Source of the DNA: Cyanobacteriota bacterium
Lineage (GTDB): Bacteria; Cyanobacteriota; Cyanobacteriia; Cyanobacteriales; Nostocaceae
Length of the DNA: 64,000 bases
Assembly: GCA_046045965.1 (NCBI GenBank)
Contig: JBJOKS010000016.1
Coordinates: 60,003-124,002, forward strand
Direction: 5' to 3'
Below the pieces are notes generated by a model, which searched no databases, had not been told where the DNA came from, and saw only the letters and a program-made list of their open reading frames with translations. The position numbers and the translations under genes are program-made. This document shows, in pieces, positions 21,035 to 32,448 of the stretch (within the stretch, counting starts at the first letter, position 1; each line of letters starts with the position of its first letter).

Positions 21035-22171
21035 ATGTCTTCAAAGTATGCTTTAGTTCATGAGTGGCTGACACCTAAAGCCACAGGAGGTTCAGAACTC
21101 GTAGTCAAGGAAATATTAAATCACGTTAATGCTGATTTATATGCCCTGATAGATTTTGAATCCAGCAATCCTGAAAGTTATCTCTATCAACGTCAGATTG
21201 GTAAAACCTTTCTCCAGTACCTGCCATTAGCCCGCAAAGGTGTACAAAAATATCTGCCTTTGTTACCATTGGCCATCGAACAACTAGATTTACGGGAATA
21301 TGACATAATTTTATCTTCATCCCACGCTGTAGCCAAAGGAATCCTGACAACCCCTGATCAGCTACATATCTGTTATTGCCATAGTCCAATGCGTTATGCT
21401 TGGGACTTGACCTTTGATTATCTCAACCAAAGCAAACTAGGAAAGGGTGGAATTGGATGGATAACTAGATATTTGTTGCATAGTTTACGTCAATGGGATG
21501 TCTTAAGTTCCAACCGCGTTGATTACTTCATTGCCAACTCTCAGCATACAGCCCGACGGATTTGGCGTTGCTATCGACGAGAAGCAAAAGTCATTTACCC
21601 ACCAGTAAACATTGAAAACTGTCCATTTTCCGCTGACAAAGAAGATTTTTATTTGATCGTTTCCCGATTAGTCAGCTACAAACAAGTATCCTTGATTGTT
21701 CAGGCTTTTAATCAGCTAAAACGACCATTGGTGGTGATTGGTACAGGACCCCAAATGAAACATCTGCAAGAGATAGCAAATCCCCATATCCAAATCCTGG
21801 GATGGCAACCAGAGGAAGTAGTAAAAACCTATATGGCTCGTGCTAAAGCCTTTGTCTATGCTGCTTGTGAGGATTTTGGAATCGCCTTAGTAGAAGCACA
21901 AGCTTCTGGTACTCCAGTCATTGCTTATGGTGCTGGGGGTGCGATAGAAACAGTCCGAGATATTCGCACTTGTATGGACACCGGAACAGGTATATTCTTT
22001 AAAGAACAAACTGTAGCAGCTTTGGTGGAAGCCGTAGAAAAATTTGAAGCCTATCAGGATTTTTTCAAATATGAGTATATAAGATTACACTCGAATCAGT
22101 TTTCTAGACAGGTTTTTGCAGATCGTTATCTAGATTTTTTGAATCAGTGTCAAGAAAAAAACCTTCCCTGA
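21035..22171 (+). CDS. Glycosyltransferase family 4
   Basis: ALVHEW...GGSE, YCHSPMRY, EDFGIALVEAQASGTPV. Confidence 0.9.
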   Translation: MSSKYALVHEWLTPKATGGSELVVKEILNHVNADLYALIDFESSNPESYLYQRQIGKTFLQYLPLARKGVQKYLPLLPLAIEQLDLREYDIILSSSHAVAKGILTTPDQLHICYCHSPMRYAWDLTFDYLNQSKLGKGGIGWITRYLLHSLRQWDVLSSNRVDYFIANSQHTARRIWRCYRREAKVIYPPVNIENCPFSADKEDFYLIVSRLVSYKQVSLIVQAFNQLKRPLVVIGTGPQMKHLQEIANPHIQILGWQPEEVVKTYMARAKAFVYAACEDFGIALVEAQASGTPVIAYGAGGAIETVRDIRTCMDTGTGIFFKEQTVAALVEAVEKFEAYQDFFKYEYIRLHSNQFSRQVFADRYLDFLNQCQEKNLP

Positions 22172-22284
22172 ACTCATAATCAGGATTTTTGCATTTATTT
22201 TCTAAGCTTTTGGGATTTTCCCCCAGAATTACTGCCTTTTAGCTTTAAGATCGGGACTATGTGTGGTGTGGATTATTAAGGAGT

Positions 22285-23046
22285 ATGATGACTGCCCAGA
22301 GTTCACTCCTCTCCGGCAAACGGTACCCACGTAAAGATGCTAGTGCCTCGACGCATACTTTAGCAAAACGTGGTCAAAAAGCTCAACCCCCCAAGGTACA
22401 ACCTAGAGGTTTTGCTTTTCAGGGTTTAAACGGAGAGTTTGCCAAAAGACTGTTTGATATTGTATTTTCGCTGTCTGTTTTGATCTTGTTTTTTCCGATA
22501 TACATCATCTTGGCCTTACTGATTGCTGTAAGCTCAGAAGGTCCAATTTTTTATATCCAAGAGCGAGTTGGTAAAAACTATCGCCGCTTTAAATGTATTA
22601 AATTCCGCACTATGGTTACAAATGCGGATGAAATACTCGCGCAAATAATGGAAACATCCCCAGAGTTGCGCCAGGAATTTACCAGCACTTTTAAACTCAA
22701 ACAAGACCCCCGGATTACCAAAATTGGTCACTTTTTACGAATTACCAGCTTAGACGAATTTCCCCAGTTTTGGAACGTTTTAAAAGGGGATATGAGTGTT
22801 GTCGGACCACGCCCCTTAGTAGCGGAAGAATTACCAAAATATGGCCGTCACATCAATGAAATTTTAACCATCCGTCCGGGAATTACTGGATTATGGCAAG
22901 TGTCTGGACGTAATGATATTCCTTACCCCCGACGAGTCCAAATAGACCTACACTATGTCAAATTCAGAAATTTGTGGCTAGATTTATGCATCATCTTGAA
23001 AACTATTAATGTGGTCATTATGCCCAACAATAATGGCGCATATTAA
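22285..23046 (+). CDS. Priming undecaprenyl-phosphate sugar transferase (WcaJ/RfbP family)
   Basis: KRLFD, KFRTM, DPRIT, SLDEFPQ, GDMSVVGPRP, RPGITGLWQV; AAGGAG RBS before ATG 22285. Confidence 0.9.
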   Translation: MMTAQSSLLSGKRYPRKDASASTHTLAKRGQKAQPPKVQPRGFAFQGLNGEFAKRLFDIVFSLSVLILFFPIYIILALLIAVSSEGPIFYIQERVGKNYRRFKCIKFRTMVTNADEILAQIMETSPELRQEFTSTFKLKQDPRITKIGHFLRITSLDEFPQFWNVLKGDMSVVGPRPLVAEELPKYGRHINEILTIRPGITGLWQVSGRNDIPYPRRVQIDLHYVKFRNLWLDLCIILKTINVVIMPNNNGAY

Positions 23047-23510
23047 CCCAAGTTGCTAGTTATAACCGTGATGGGGAGATGGGGAGCAAATCAAGTCAAA
23101 AGTCAAAAGTCAAAAGCCATGTCCCCGTGAAAGCGGGGATTGCCTTCGTGAAACTTGTCCTCCTGAAAACGGATAACGGGGGTCAAAATCACAGAACTTC
23201 TGCCTTCTGCCTCCTGCCTCCTGCCTCCTGCCTCCTGCTATCAATTTTATTGAATCTTTATAAAGATTAATAATCTATTAAATTATCCTAAATATTGCCA
23301 AATGTCTAAAATTATACCTAAATTTTAGGATCGTAACACAATAAACTGACTTGTTAAAGTGCTTGTTATTAAGTATAGTAGTTGACATTTAAGCTTTGAT
23401 AGCAACTAAGACTTGTATGTTTAACATCAGGCAATGTTTAGCAATGAGTTGCTAATTTATCTGGCATTACCTGTACTTTTTACAACTTCAACAACAAGGG
23501 ATAATTAAGT

Positions 23511-24590
23511 ATGACTGAACAAAAACGAGCGTTGATTACTGGTATCACTGGTCAAGATGGTTCCTATCTGAGTGAATTTTTACTAGAACAAGGTTATGAA
23601 GTTCACGGGATTATTCGCCGTACTTCTACTTTTAACACCGACCGCATTGATCACATTTATGAAGATCCCCATAAAGATGGGGTTAAGTTATTACTTCACT
23701 ATGGCGATTTGACAGACGGTACTACACTGCGCCGGATTTTAGAAGAAGTTAAGCCTACAGAAATTTATAACTTAGGCGCTCAATCTCATGTTAGAGTCAG
23801 CTTCGATTCCCCAGAATATACAGTAGATGCGGTTGGTATGGGAACTCTACGCTTGTTAGAAGCTATCCGCGACTATCAACAACGTACAGGAATTCAAGTC
23901 CGGTTTTACCAAGCTGGTTCTTCGGAAATGTATGGCTTAGTGCAAGCAGTTCCCCAAAGTGAGACAACACCCTTTTATCCTCGTAGTCCCTATGCTTGTG
24001 CTAAAGTTTACGCTCACTGGCAAACGGTAAATTATCGAGAATCTTACAATCTGTTTGCTTGTAATGGTATCCTGTTTAACCACGAATCACCCCGACGTGG
24101 TGAAACTTTTGTTACTCGCAAAATTACTAGAGCAGTTGCTCGCATAGTGGCTGGTAAACAGAAAAGTATCTATATGGGCAATTTGGATGCCAAGCGGGAC
24201 TGGGGTTATGCCAAAGATTACGTAAGAGCCATGTGGCTAATGTTGCAACAAGACCAACCAGATGATTACGTTATTGCTACCGGTGAAACTCACTCAGTGC
24301 GGGAGTTCTTGGAATTAGCATTTGGTTATGTAAATCTCAACTGGGAAGATTATGTGGAGTTTGATCAACGCTATTTAAGACCTGCGGAAGTAGATTTGTT
24401 AATTGGTGATCCTACCAAAGCACAGCAAAAGTTAGGCTGGAAACCTTCAGTAACCTTTAAAGAACTGGTAGCATTGATGGTAGAAGCTGACTTACAGGCA
24501 TTGGGTCACACTTCCCCTAATGGCAATGGTTCACTACAACCCCAAGATATTGCTACTATCCGTCAGGAATTAGGCGCTCTCCACTTTTGA
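23511..24590 (+). CDS. gmd: GDP-mannose 4,6-dehydratase
   Basis: [40 protein letters not shown]. Confidence 0.97.
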   Translation: MTEQKRALITGITGQDGSYLSEFLLEQGYEVHGIIRRTSTFNTDRIDHIYEDPHKDGVKLLLHYGDLTDGTTLRRILEEVKPTEIYNLGAQSHVRVSFDSPEYTVDAVGMGTLRLLEAIRDYQQRTGIQVRFYQAGSSEMYGLVQAVPQSETTPFYPRSPYACAKVYAHWQTVNYRESYNLFACNGILFNHESPRRGETFVTRKITRAVARIVAGKQKSIYMGNLDAKRDWGYAKDYVRAMWLMLQQDQPDDYVIATGETHSVREFLELAFGYVNLNWEDYVEFDQRYLRPAEVDLLIGDPTKAQQKLGWKPSVTFKELVALMVEADLQALGHTSPNGNGSLQPQDIATIRQELGALHF

Positions 24591-24613
24591 TTTACACCAG
24601 CAAGGATAAAAAT

Positions 24614-25558
24614 ATGACTGGCTTAGAGCTTAAAAACAAACGCATTCTTGTCACTGGTGGTTCAGGTTTTCTAGGCCGTCAAGTGATAGATCAACTATCC
24701 AAAGCTGGGGCTGACCGTGATAAAATTACAGTCACGAGATCGCATGATTGTGATTTGCGAGTTTGGGAAAATTGCCAACGTGCAGTTGATCAACAAGATA
24801 TTGTCATTCACTTAGCTGCTCATGTCGGTGGAATTGGTCTAAACCGCGAAAAACCCGCAGAGTTGTTTTACGATAACTTGATGATGGGAACTCAGCTCAT
24901 TCATGCTGCCTATCAAGCAGGTTTAGAAAAATTCGTCTGTGTTGGTACTATCTGCGCTTATCCTAAATTTACCCCAGTCCCTTTTAAAGAAGAAGACCTG
25001 TGGAATGGCTATCCAGAAGAAACTAATGCTCCCTATGGAGTAGCTAAGAAGGCTCTTTTAGTACAACTGCAATCTTACCGTCAGCAGTACGGTTTTAATG
25101 GTATTTATCTACTACCTGTGAACCTATACGGTCCTGAAGATAACTTTAACCCCAGTAGTTCTCATGTTATTCCAGCTTTGATCCGCAAGGTTCACGAAGC
25201 GCAAGTTAAGGGAGATAAGCAACTTCCTGTTTGGGGTGATGGTTCTCCTACCCGCGAGTTTCTCTATTCTACAGATGCTGCACGGGGTATTGTTATGGGT
25301 ACAACTTCCTATAACGACTCTGAACCAATTAATTTGGGGACAGGTTATGAAATCTCGATCAAGGATTTGATTAATCTGATTTGTGATTTGATGGAGTATA
25401 AAGGGGAAATTGTTTGGGAAACCGACAAACCTAACGGACAACCACGACGTTGTTTAGATACGGAAAAAGCCAAGGCAGCTTTTGGTTTCACTGCTCAGGT
25501 AAGCTTTGAAGAAGGGCTAAAAAATACCATTGAGTGGTATCGTCAAAACGCTGCATAG
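24614..25558 (+). CDS. fcl: GDP-L-fucose synthase
   Basis: HLAAHVGGI, YGVAK, SSHVIPALIRK, WGDGSPTREF; follows gmd. Confidence 0.92.
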   Translation: MTGLELKNKRILVTGGSGFLGRQVIDQLSKAGADRDKITVTRSHDCDLRVWENCQRAVDQQDIVIHLAAHVGGIGLNREKPAELFYDNLMMGTQLIHAAYQAGLEKFVCVGTICAYPKFTPVPFKEEDLWNGYPEETNAPYGVAKKALLVQLQSYRQQYGFNGIYLLPVNLYGPEDNFNPSSSHVIPALIRKVHEAQVKGDKQLPVWGDGSPTREFLYSTDAARGIVMGTTSYNDSEPINLGTGYEISIKDLINLICDLMEYKGEIVWETDKPNGQPRRCLDTEKAKAAFGFTAQVSFEEGLKNTIEWYRQNAA

Positions 25559-25562
25559 TTTA

Positions 25563-25680
25563 ATATATCTCGTTCCCAGTCTCCGACTGGGAATGCCATT
25601 ACAGAGGCTCTGACTCTGGTATTGTAAAAGGCAGAGCCTTGAGAATTCATTTCCATAAAGAGTATGGGAACGAGATATAT
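25563..25680. mobile_element. MITE-like repeat with 16-bp terminal inverted repeat
   Basis: ATATATCTCGTTCCCA / TGGGAACGAGATATAT; internal hairpin TTCCCAGTC...GACTGGGAA. Confidence 0.65.
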
Positions 25681-25711
25681 AGCAGATATTAAAAACATTA
25701 AAGATAGCACA

Positions 25712-26287
25712 TTGCTAAAAATTGATTCACAGCTAAACAAAACAGAACTCCGTCGCTCCTTGCTGAAAACACGTCAATCTATGACTGTTCAAGAATGGAA
25801 ACAAAAGAGCGATCGCATTTCTGACCAAATTCAAAACTCGCCTTTATTTACTCAAGCAACCACCATCCTGGCCTATTTCAGCTTTCGCCAAGAACCTGAT
25901 CTGAGTCCCATTTTTACCGACTCTCAGCGTCGTTGGGGTTTTCCTCGTTGTGTTGGTAAGTCTCTATCCTGGCACTTATGGCAACCTGATGATATACTTC
26001 ACATTGGTGATTATGGTATTACTGAACCACACCCAGAAGCACCAACTATAGACCCTACAGAAGTCGATTTAATTCTTGTTCCCTGTGTGGCTTGCGATCG
26101 CCAAGGATTCCGTTTAGGTTATGGTGGTGGATATTATGACCGTTTGTTGAGTGATCCAGCTTGGGCTAAAATACCAACGATGGGAGTAGTTTTTGATTTT
26201 GCCTATTTCTCTCAATTACCCTCTGATAATTGGGATAAAGCATTACAAGCTATAGTTAGTGAAACAAATCTGTTTTCTTCTCACTGA
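25712..26287 (+). CDS. 5-formyltetrahydrofolate cyclo-ligase (start uncertain)
   Basis: K.ELR, DLILVP..A.DRQGFRLGYGGGYYDR. Confidence 0.9.
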   Translation: MLKIDSQLNKTELRRSLLKTRQSMTVQEWKQKSDRISDQIQNSPLFTQATTILAYFSFRQEPDLSPIFTDSQRRWGFPRCVGKSLSWHLWQPDDILHIGDYGITEPHPEAPTIDPTEVDLILVPCVACDRQGFRLGYGGGYYDRLLSDPAWAKIPTMGVVFDFAYFSQLPSDNWDKALQAIVSETNLFSSH

Positions 26288-26410
26288 ATTAATCGGAGCG
26301 GTGGGAGAACGAATACTACCCACTCACGTAGTTGTAGCTTTAGTCATTGCTATGAGTTTTTGGTCAACTGACTGTCACTTAGTTCTCGAACATATTTCGA
26401 GAACATACGA

Positions 26411-26803
26411 ATGTTATTGATCATGTCCACAAAAGAAGATGATCTCATTGCCAGAGCGGAACTGTTGCAACAAGCGATTGCGACTTTGCAATTGATGATT
26501 CAACAAATTAAAGCGGCGGGGAAAATCGCGCCTCCTGGTTGTTCTGTTTCCCGTTATCAAGCACGGGGTAAACAAGGGGTTTATTGGTACTATAAGTTAC
26601 ACGCTTCTCAAGCCATTTTCCCTACTTCTCAACCAGGCAAGTTAACTAAATACAAGCATTTAGGTAAAGCTGGAAGTCCTGCTCACATTGATGCGGTTCT
26701 CTCGGTTGCTCGAAGAACTCAGGTTGATTACTTACAATCATGTATTGATTCTCTGCGGCAAAACTGGGCTGACTTATACAATAGCCTCAAAGAGAAAAAG
26801 TAA
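26411..26803 (+). CDS. Hypothetical basic protein in tRNA-Cys-adjacent islet
   Basis: 130-aa ORF; coiled-coil ends and YWYYKL...YKHLGKAG core suggest nucleic-acid binding. Confidence 0.65.
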   Translation: MLLIMSTKEDDLIARAELLQQAIATLQLMIQQIKAAGKIAPPGCSVSRYQARGKQGVYWYYKLHASQAIFPTSQPGKLTKYKHLGKAGSPAHIDAVLSVARRTQVDYLQSCIDSLRQNWADLYNSLKEKK

Positions 26804-26889
26804 GTCTCTCTATTTTTATAGTTCTCGTAATGAACACGCGAACTCTTTTCTCTTGATCCTACCCCCTCTTTTTCCTTAACCGAACAGTA

Positions 26890-27171
26890 TTGAATGGTAA
26901 AGGGTATAACCTAGAGGTCAAAACCAAGGCAGGTATCTTTGATGACCATAATATCCTAGTAGGGGCTGTACATCGCTGGGATGCTTATAAGTTCCCGGTG
27001 CATTATGTAGTTGCCATTGACCGGAACACAGGAGAGGCTAGGGTGGCTGATGCCGATCCAATGATCAGGGATGCTGAATGGCTTAGAGTCAAATCCCAAG
27101 AGTTATCATGTGGCATCCCCCGGTACTTATTCACCCCCTTAGATGCCTGGGTAGATTTCATCAAGAGTTAG
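26890..27171 (+). CDS. Hypothetical protein or fragment in islet
   Basis: 93-aa ORF with TTG start; no recognised motif. Confidence 0.35.
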   Translation: MNGKGYNLEVKTKAGIFDDHNILVGAVHRWDAYKFPVHYVVAIDRNTGEARVADADPMIRDAEWLRVKSQELSCGIPRYLFTPLDAWVDFIKS

Positions 27172-27244
27172 TTTGGCTATGAGTTTGGCTATCAGATTCT
27201 GGCTACCGAGCTATTTTGGTTATCTTTAGAGGCTGGAAGCCTCA

Positions 27245-27316
<72 letters not shown>

Positions 27317-27427
27317 GCACTCACAATTACTAATATTATCACCTTTTGCCATCAATTGCATCCCCTTGGGAAAAAATTTTTTGTCAGTTGTGATTTTCCC
27401 CCTGTTCCCCAGTCCCCAGTCCCCAAA

Positions 27428-28021
27428 TCAGGATAACTTCACCTCATCAGCAAAGTTACCCCAGCGGACAAAGTAAAATGGACCTGCGACAGAACCCCAA
27501 ATATGCTCATCTGTGTCAGGATTTCGTCCTCTGTCGCGGCTGATGAACTTTTCACCATCAATTTCAAAATCACTATCTAAATAGGTTTTTTGCCCGTCGC
27601 GGATGACAATACAGCCCTTTCCAGGTTCGACACTGCCTTTGAAGTGGCTACCAGCCCATTCTACAATCATGTTACAACCGGAGAGTTTTTCTAGGCGATC
27701 GCTCGTTAAAGCTTGTAACCGTGGTAAATCACGAGATGCACCGAAAAAGTCTTTTTCGTCTTTGACAGTATAGTTTTCAATATGGATTTTATCCCCTACA
27801 GTCAGCAAGTTTAACACTCGTACTCGATAGGGCTTATTCAGCATATAGTCATAAGCTTGTTCTACAAACAAACTCACCCCAGATAGAAGTGAGTAAGGCA
27901 GAGGACGCATACATACACGAATATGGGCGTAAAAAGCCGGATTCTCAAACACTTGAGCTTGGTTGCTAAAATCAGCCGCCATCCAACGGGCTAAGGTGGC
28001 AATATCAGTAGAATGAGTCAT
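27428..28021 (-). CDS. cpcT: Phycobiliprotein bilin lyase CpcT/CpeT
   Basis: MTHSTDIATLARWMAADFSNQAQ...HIRVCMRP...EQAY...PYR...DRG. Confidence 0.9.
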   Translation of the reverse strand: MTHSTDIATLARWMAADFSNQAQVFENPAFYAHIRVCMRPLPYSLLSGVSLFVEQAYDYMLNKPYRVRVLNLLTVGDKIHIENYTVKDEKDFFGASRDLPRLQALTSDRLEKLSGCNMIVEWAGSHFKGSVEPGKGCIVIRDGQKTYLDSDFEIDGEKFISRDRGRNPDTDEHIWGSVAGPFYFVRWGNFADEVKLS

Positions 28022-28123
28022 AGCAATTTTCGATTTTGGATTTTGGATTTTGTACACAGGCTCACAACTGCCTGATATTGGCTAATTTTAAACCTTGCTG
28101 TGTCACTAGTTGTCTAGAGAAAA

Positions 28124-28207
28124 AGATTAAAAGAATGAAGAAGTTAGAATTTAGAATTTAGAATTACGTTTTGCAACGGGGACTTTCACCCCCAAAGGTA
28201 AGTTAAA
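28124..28207. repeat. Dispersed repeat, short copy (long copy at 57965-58089)
   Basis: AGATTAAAAGAATGAAG...TTACGTTTTGCAACGGGGA...CCCCAAAGGTAAGTTAAA shared between copies. Confidence 0.85.
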
Positions 28208-28209
28208 AA

Positions 28210-28238
28210 TTAACCTTTATCTAACCATTAGTTAATTC
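28210..28238 (+). promoter_or_regulatory. Pho box (SphR/PhoB site)
   Basis: TTAACCT, CTAACCA, TTAATTC at 11-bp spacing upstream of pstS, matching the cyanobacterial PyTTAAPyPy(T/A) repeat. Confidence 0.7.
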
Positions 28239-28365
28239 CCATATTACCTGTTCGTGCAATTTTATACTCAGACGTTTAATTTTCACTGTTTTTTAACTTA
28301 ATAGAACCATTGTCCCTTAGCGATTGAGCGGAAATTGTACGTCAAATAAACTGGGAGTCTTAATT

Positions 28366-29379
28366 GTGAAAAGAGTTAATCTTAAGCTTAACAGCTTGAA
28401 AGCATTAGGTGCAATTTCATTGATAGCCGCTACCTTGGGCGTTTCAATGTCTGCGGTTCAGTCTCAAAGTGTCAGCACTATTCAGATCGATGGTTCCAGC
28501 ACCGTTTTCCCCGTCACCGAAGCAGTAGCAGAAGAATTCCAAAAATCTCAAAGAGGTAAAGTTAGAGTTACTGTTGGTGTTTCTGGTACTGGTGGTGGCT
28601 TCAAAAAATTCTGTCGTGGTGAAACAGATATCTCTAATGCTTCCCGCCCCATTCTTCAAAAAGAAATTGATGAATGTAAAAAAGCTGGTATTCGCTACAT
28701 TGAAATACCAGTAGCTTATGATGCTTTAACTGTTGTGGTTAACCCTGCTAACACTTGGGCTAAAAACCTCACTGTTGCTGAACTCAAGAAAATGTGGGAA
28801 CCAGCAGCGCAGGGTAAAGTTAATAACTGGAATCAAATCCGTGCAGGTTTTCCCAATGCACCTTTAAAATTGTTTGGTGCTGGTACTAACTCTGGAACTT
28901 TTGACTATTTTACTGAAGCTGTTGTTGGTAAATCTAAATCTAGCCGTGGTGATTTTACCGCCAGTGAAGATGATAACGTACTGGTACAAGGTGTTTCCCG
29001 TGATAAAAACGCCATTGGTTACTTTGGTTTTGCTTATTACGCAGAAAACAAAAATAAACTCAATTCAGTAGCTGTTAACGGTGTAGCACCCTCGGAAGCA
29101 ACCGTAAAAAATGGTACTTATAATCCCTTGTCCCGCCCTATATTTATCTATGTCAGTGATAAGGCTGTTAACAAACCAGAGGTGAAACAGTTTGTACAAT
29201 TTTACTTACAAAATGCACCTAAATTGGTGAAAGAAGTAAGATATGTACCCTTACCAAACTCCGCTTACACCACTGCTCAAAGCCACTTCAACAAAAAGAG
29301 ATTTGGTAGCATTTTTGGTGGTAAAGAAGCAGTTGGACTAAAGATTGAAGAATTAATGCGTCGTGAAGCTAAAGAATAA
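28366..29379 (+). CDS. pstS: Phosphate ABC transporter substrate-binding protein
   Basis: [29 protein letters not shown] start after GGGAG. Confidence 0.93.
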   Translation: MKRVNLKLNSLKALGAISLIAATLGVSMSAVQSQSVSTIQIDGSSTVFPVTEAVAEEFQKSQRGKVRVTVGVSGTGGGFKKFCRGETDISNASRPILQKEIDECKKAGIRYIEIPVAYDALTVVVNPANTWAKNLTVAELKKMWEPAAQGKVNNWNQIRAGFPNAPLKLFGAGTNSGTFDYFTEAVVGKSKSSRGDFTASEDDNVLVQGVSRDKNAIGYFGFAYYAENKNKLNSVAVNGVAPSEATVKNGTYNPLSRPIFIYVSDKAVNKPEVKQFVQFYLQNAPKLVKEVRYVPLPNSAYTTAQSHFNKKRFGSIFGGKEAVGLKIEELMRREAKE

Positions 29380-29416
29380 GCCTATTTCAGAAATTTGAAC
29401 TTCCTCACAATTCACC

Positions 29417-29441
29417 AAAGGGAGGTGTTATACCTCTCTTT
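29417..29441 (+). terminator. Intercistronic stem-loop after pstS
   Basis: AAAGGGAGGTG-TTA-TACCTCTCTTT followed by a T-rich tract. Confidence 0.55.
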
Positions 29442-29480
29442 ATTTATCTTCAAGTCATCATACAATATCGAATTTACAGC

Positions 29481-30395
29481 ATGATTAGTGTTAATAAAAA
29501 TCAGTTTTCACCAAAACTAACTAGGGATTTAAGAGAAAAAGCAATTGAGTCTATCTTGTTTTTAGCTGCTCTTTCTTCGGTCGCAACTACAGTAGCAATT
29601 ATCGGTATTTTACTTTACGAATCTATATTATTTTTCCAGAAAGTACCTATCTGGGAATTTCTCACAGATACCCAATGGACACCGTTATTTGATGATAAAC
29701 ACTATGGTATTTGGCCATTGGTTTCCGGTACTTTTGTCACCACAGTTGTTGCCTTATTTGTAGCTATACCACTGGGTACAATTATTGCTATTTACCTCAG
29801 CGAATTTGCACCACCCGTAGTCAGGGAAATAGTGAAACCAGCTTTAGAATTATTAGCAGGTATTCCTACAGTAGTTTATGGTTATTTTGCCTTGTTATTT
29901 GTCACACCATTATTACAAGCAATTTTACCAAATTTACCTGGTTTTAGTATGTTGAGTGCGGGGCTAGTCATCGGCGTGATGATTATTCCTTATGTTAGTT
30001 CTCTGAGCGAAGATGCTATGCGTGCAGTACCTACCCATCTGCGTGAAGGTTCCTATGCGACTGGGGCGACTCGGTTACAAACAGCTTTGCGAGTGGTGTT
30101 ACCTGCGGCTATTTCGGGAATAGTAGCAGCTTATATTTTGGGTATTTCCCGTGCAGCTGGGGAAACAATGGTAGTAGCGATCGCAGCAGGTGGACAACCT
30201 AATTTAACACTCAACCCAATGGAACCAGCCGCAACAATGACAGCTTATATTGTATCCGTTAGTCTTGGTGATTTACCTCATGGCAGTTTGGAATATGAAA
30301 CTATTTTTGCCGTGGGATTAACTCTAGTTTTAATGACTTTGATATTTAACATCATTGGTTATTTCCTGGCTAAACGTTATCGAGAAATTTATTAA
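29481..30395 (+). CDS. pstC: Phosphate ABC transporter permease
   Basis: ELLAGIPTVVYG, RAAGETM. Confidence 0.95.
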   Translation: MISVNKNQFSPKLTRDLREKAIESILFLAALSSVATTVAIIGILLYESILFFQKVPIWEFLTDTQWTPLFDDKHYGIWPLVSGTFVTTVVALFVAIPLGTIIAIYLSEFAPPVVREIVKPALELLAGIPTVVYGYFALLFVTPLLQAILPNLPGFSMLSAGLVIGVMIIPYVSSLSEDAMRAVPTHLREGSYATGATRLQTALRVVLPAAISGIVAAYILGISRAAGETMVVAIAAGGQPNLTLNPMEPAATMTAYIVSVSLGDLPHGSLEYETIFAVGLTLVLMTLIFNIIGYFLAKRYREIY

Positions 30396-30488
30396 ATAGG
30401 GAACAGGGAACAGGGAACAGGGAACATGAATAACCTAATTACCAATTACCAATTACCCATTATCAATTACCAATTACCAATTATTAAG

Positions 30489-31412
30489 ATGACAACTTGG
30501 AATATTCAGCAAGTCCGCAAAATAATTACCCGCAATAAGCGGTCAGAATATATTTTCAATATCATTGGCTTGTTGTCAATGCTGATTGGTATTGTCACAT
30601 TACTAGCATTAGTATTTGACTTGGCTAGTGATGGTGTACCTCGCCTTTCTTGGCAATTTTTGACTTCCTTTCCTAGTCGCAAACCTGAAGAAGCTGGAAT
30701 TCTTTCTGCTTGGGTAGGAACGTTATTAGTAATGTTAGTAACGGCAGCAGTCGCTATTCCTGTGGGTATCGCATCAGGCATTTATTTAGAAGAGTATGCC
30801 CGTAAACATTGGATTTCTGATTTAATTGAAATTAACGTTACTAACTTAGCCGGAGTTCCTTCAATTATTTATGGACTTTTGGCTTTGGGAGTATTTGTTT
30901 ATGGGTTAAAACTTGGTCAAAGTATTGCGACTGCTGGGTTAACTTTAGCATTATTGGTTTTACCAGTTGTCATTGTTTCTACTCGTGAAGCTTTAAGGGC
31001 TATTCCTAATAGTATTCGTGAAGCTGCTTATGCTTCTGGTGCTTCCAAATGGCAAATGATTTGGGATCATGTTTTGCCTTATTCAACAGGGACAATTATC
31101 ACGGGAATTATTGTAGCTATGGCGCGGGCTATTGGTGAAACTGCACCTCTAATTACCATTGGGGCGCTTACCTTCATTGCTTTTTTACCAGAACCGCCAT
31201 TTACAGAGCAGTTTCCTTATATTTCATTTTCTTGGTTAACTGCTCCGTTCACAGTCATGCCTATTCAAATGTTTGACTGGATATCTCGCCCCCAGGCTGA
31301 CTTTCAAATTAATGCCGCCTCAGCAGGTATTGTCCTCATTGTTATTACTTTGGCTATGAACTCTGTAGCCATGTATATTCGTTATAATTTACGCAAGAAA
31401 ATCAAATGGTAA
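30489..31412 (+). CDS. pstA: Phosphate ABC transporter permease
   Basis: [20 protein letters not shown]; upstream in-frame extension is STRR-derived. Confidence 0.93.
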   Translation: MTTWNIQQVRKIITRNKRSEYIFNIIGLLSMLIGIVTLLALVFDLASDGVPRLSWQFLTSFPSRKPEEAGILSAWVGTLLVMLVTAAVAIPVGIASGIYLEEYARKHWISDLIEINVTNLAGVPSIIYGLLALGVFVYGLKLGQSIATAGLTLALLVLPVVIVSTREALRAIPNSIREAAYASGASKWQMIWDHVLPYSTGTIITGIIVAMARAIGETAPLITIGALTFIAFLPEPPFTEQFPYISFSWLTAPFTVMPIQMFDWISRPQADFQINAASAGIVLIVITLAMNSVAMYIRYNLRKKIKW

Positions 31413-32200
31413 AAACAAAATCTTCAACTCAGGAAAAAGCTATCAAAGCTTCCGTAAATTATCTCAATTTCTATTACGGTGGTAATGTTCATTCGCTGAA
31501 AGATATTAATATGTCTATCGGTGAAAAACAGGTAACAGCATTAATTGGTCCTTCTGGATGTGGGAAAACAACTTTGTTACGTTGTTTCAATCGAATGCAC
31601 GATTTGTATCCAGGAAATCGTTATCAAGGAGAAATTGCTTTAGAACCAGATGGAATTAATCTACTGGGGAAAAAAGTTGATCCCATTGAAGTACGGATGC
31701 GGATTAGTATGGTATTTCAAAGACCTAATCCTTTTCCAAAATCAATTTATGAAAATGTGGCTTATGGTTTGCGGGTCAGGGGTGAATCTCGACGAGGTGT
31801 AATTGATGCAAAAGTAGAAAAAGCTTTGCAAGGTGCAGCGTTGTGGAATGAAGTAAAAGACCGCTTGCATGATTTAGCTTTTAATCTTTCTGGTGGTCAA
31901 CAGCAGCGTTTGTGTATTGCTCGTGCTTTAGCTACTGACCCAGAAATTATTCTATTTGATGAGCCAACATCTGCTTTAGATCCCATAGCTACTGCTAATA
32001 TTGAAGAATTAATTGCTGAACTCAAGCAAACAGTGACAATTTTGATTGTTACTCACAATATGCAACAGGCAACCCGTGTCTCTGACTATACGGCATTTAT
32101 GTATTTAGGGGAATTGATAGAGTTTAACAAAACTGAGGTGATTTTTAATAACCCAGCGCAGCAAAAAACCGCAGACTATGTAAGTGGACGTTTTGGTTAA
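31406..32200 (+). CDS. pstB: Phosphate ABC transporter ATPase
   Basis: [37 protein letters not shown]. Confidence 0.96.
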   Translation: MVKTKSSTQEKAIKASVNYLNFYYGGNVHSLKDINMSIGEKQVTALIGPSGCGKTTLLRCFNRMHDLYPGNRYQGEIALEPDGINLLGKKVDPIEVRMRISMVFQRPNPFPKSIYENVAYGLRVRGESRRGVIDAKVEKALQGAALWNEVKDRLHDLAFNLSGGQQQRLCIARALATDPEIILFDEPTSALDPIATANIEELIAELKQTVTILIVTHNMQQATRVSDYTAFMYLGELIEFNKTEVIFNNPAQQKTADYVSGRFG

Positions 32201-32448
32201 GGTTTGCTAATTCACAAACTACGGCATTTCCTAGTCTAAAGAGATACAAACATATCTGCGTCCATCTGCGTCCATCTGCGTTTAACACCAAAATACTTTC
32301 ATCACAAAATCTCAATTTTCTGGTTTGAGCGTTCACTGTTTCTGTTAATTTAATCTTAATATATGGTCATGTTTCCAAACCTCCCGACGGAAGTATTGTT
32401 AACAACCATGATAATTGATTGAATATTCAAACATCTACAGTTACAGTT

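Noticed and set aside
20784..21074. 96-aa N-terminal extension of the epimerase and ORF 20839-21024
   Set aside because: Translated STRR repeats overlapping the divergent GT4 gene; the Rossmann motif starts at 20783.
22285..23046. Calling the sugar transferase hepC
   Set aside because: Only family-level motifs are visible; the gmd/fcl context does not indicate the heterocyst polysaccharide island.
30426..30488. N-terminal extensions of pstA (also seen for cpcT and the KaiB-domain ORF)
   Set aside because: Derived from heptamer repeats (NYQLPI, IQNPKS, MVMGN), not conserved protein sequence.
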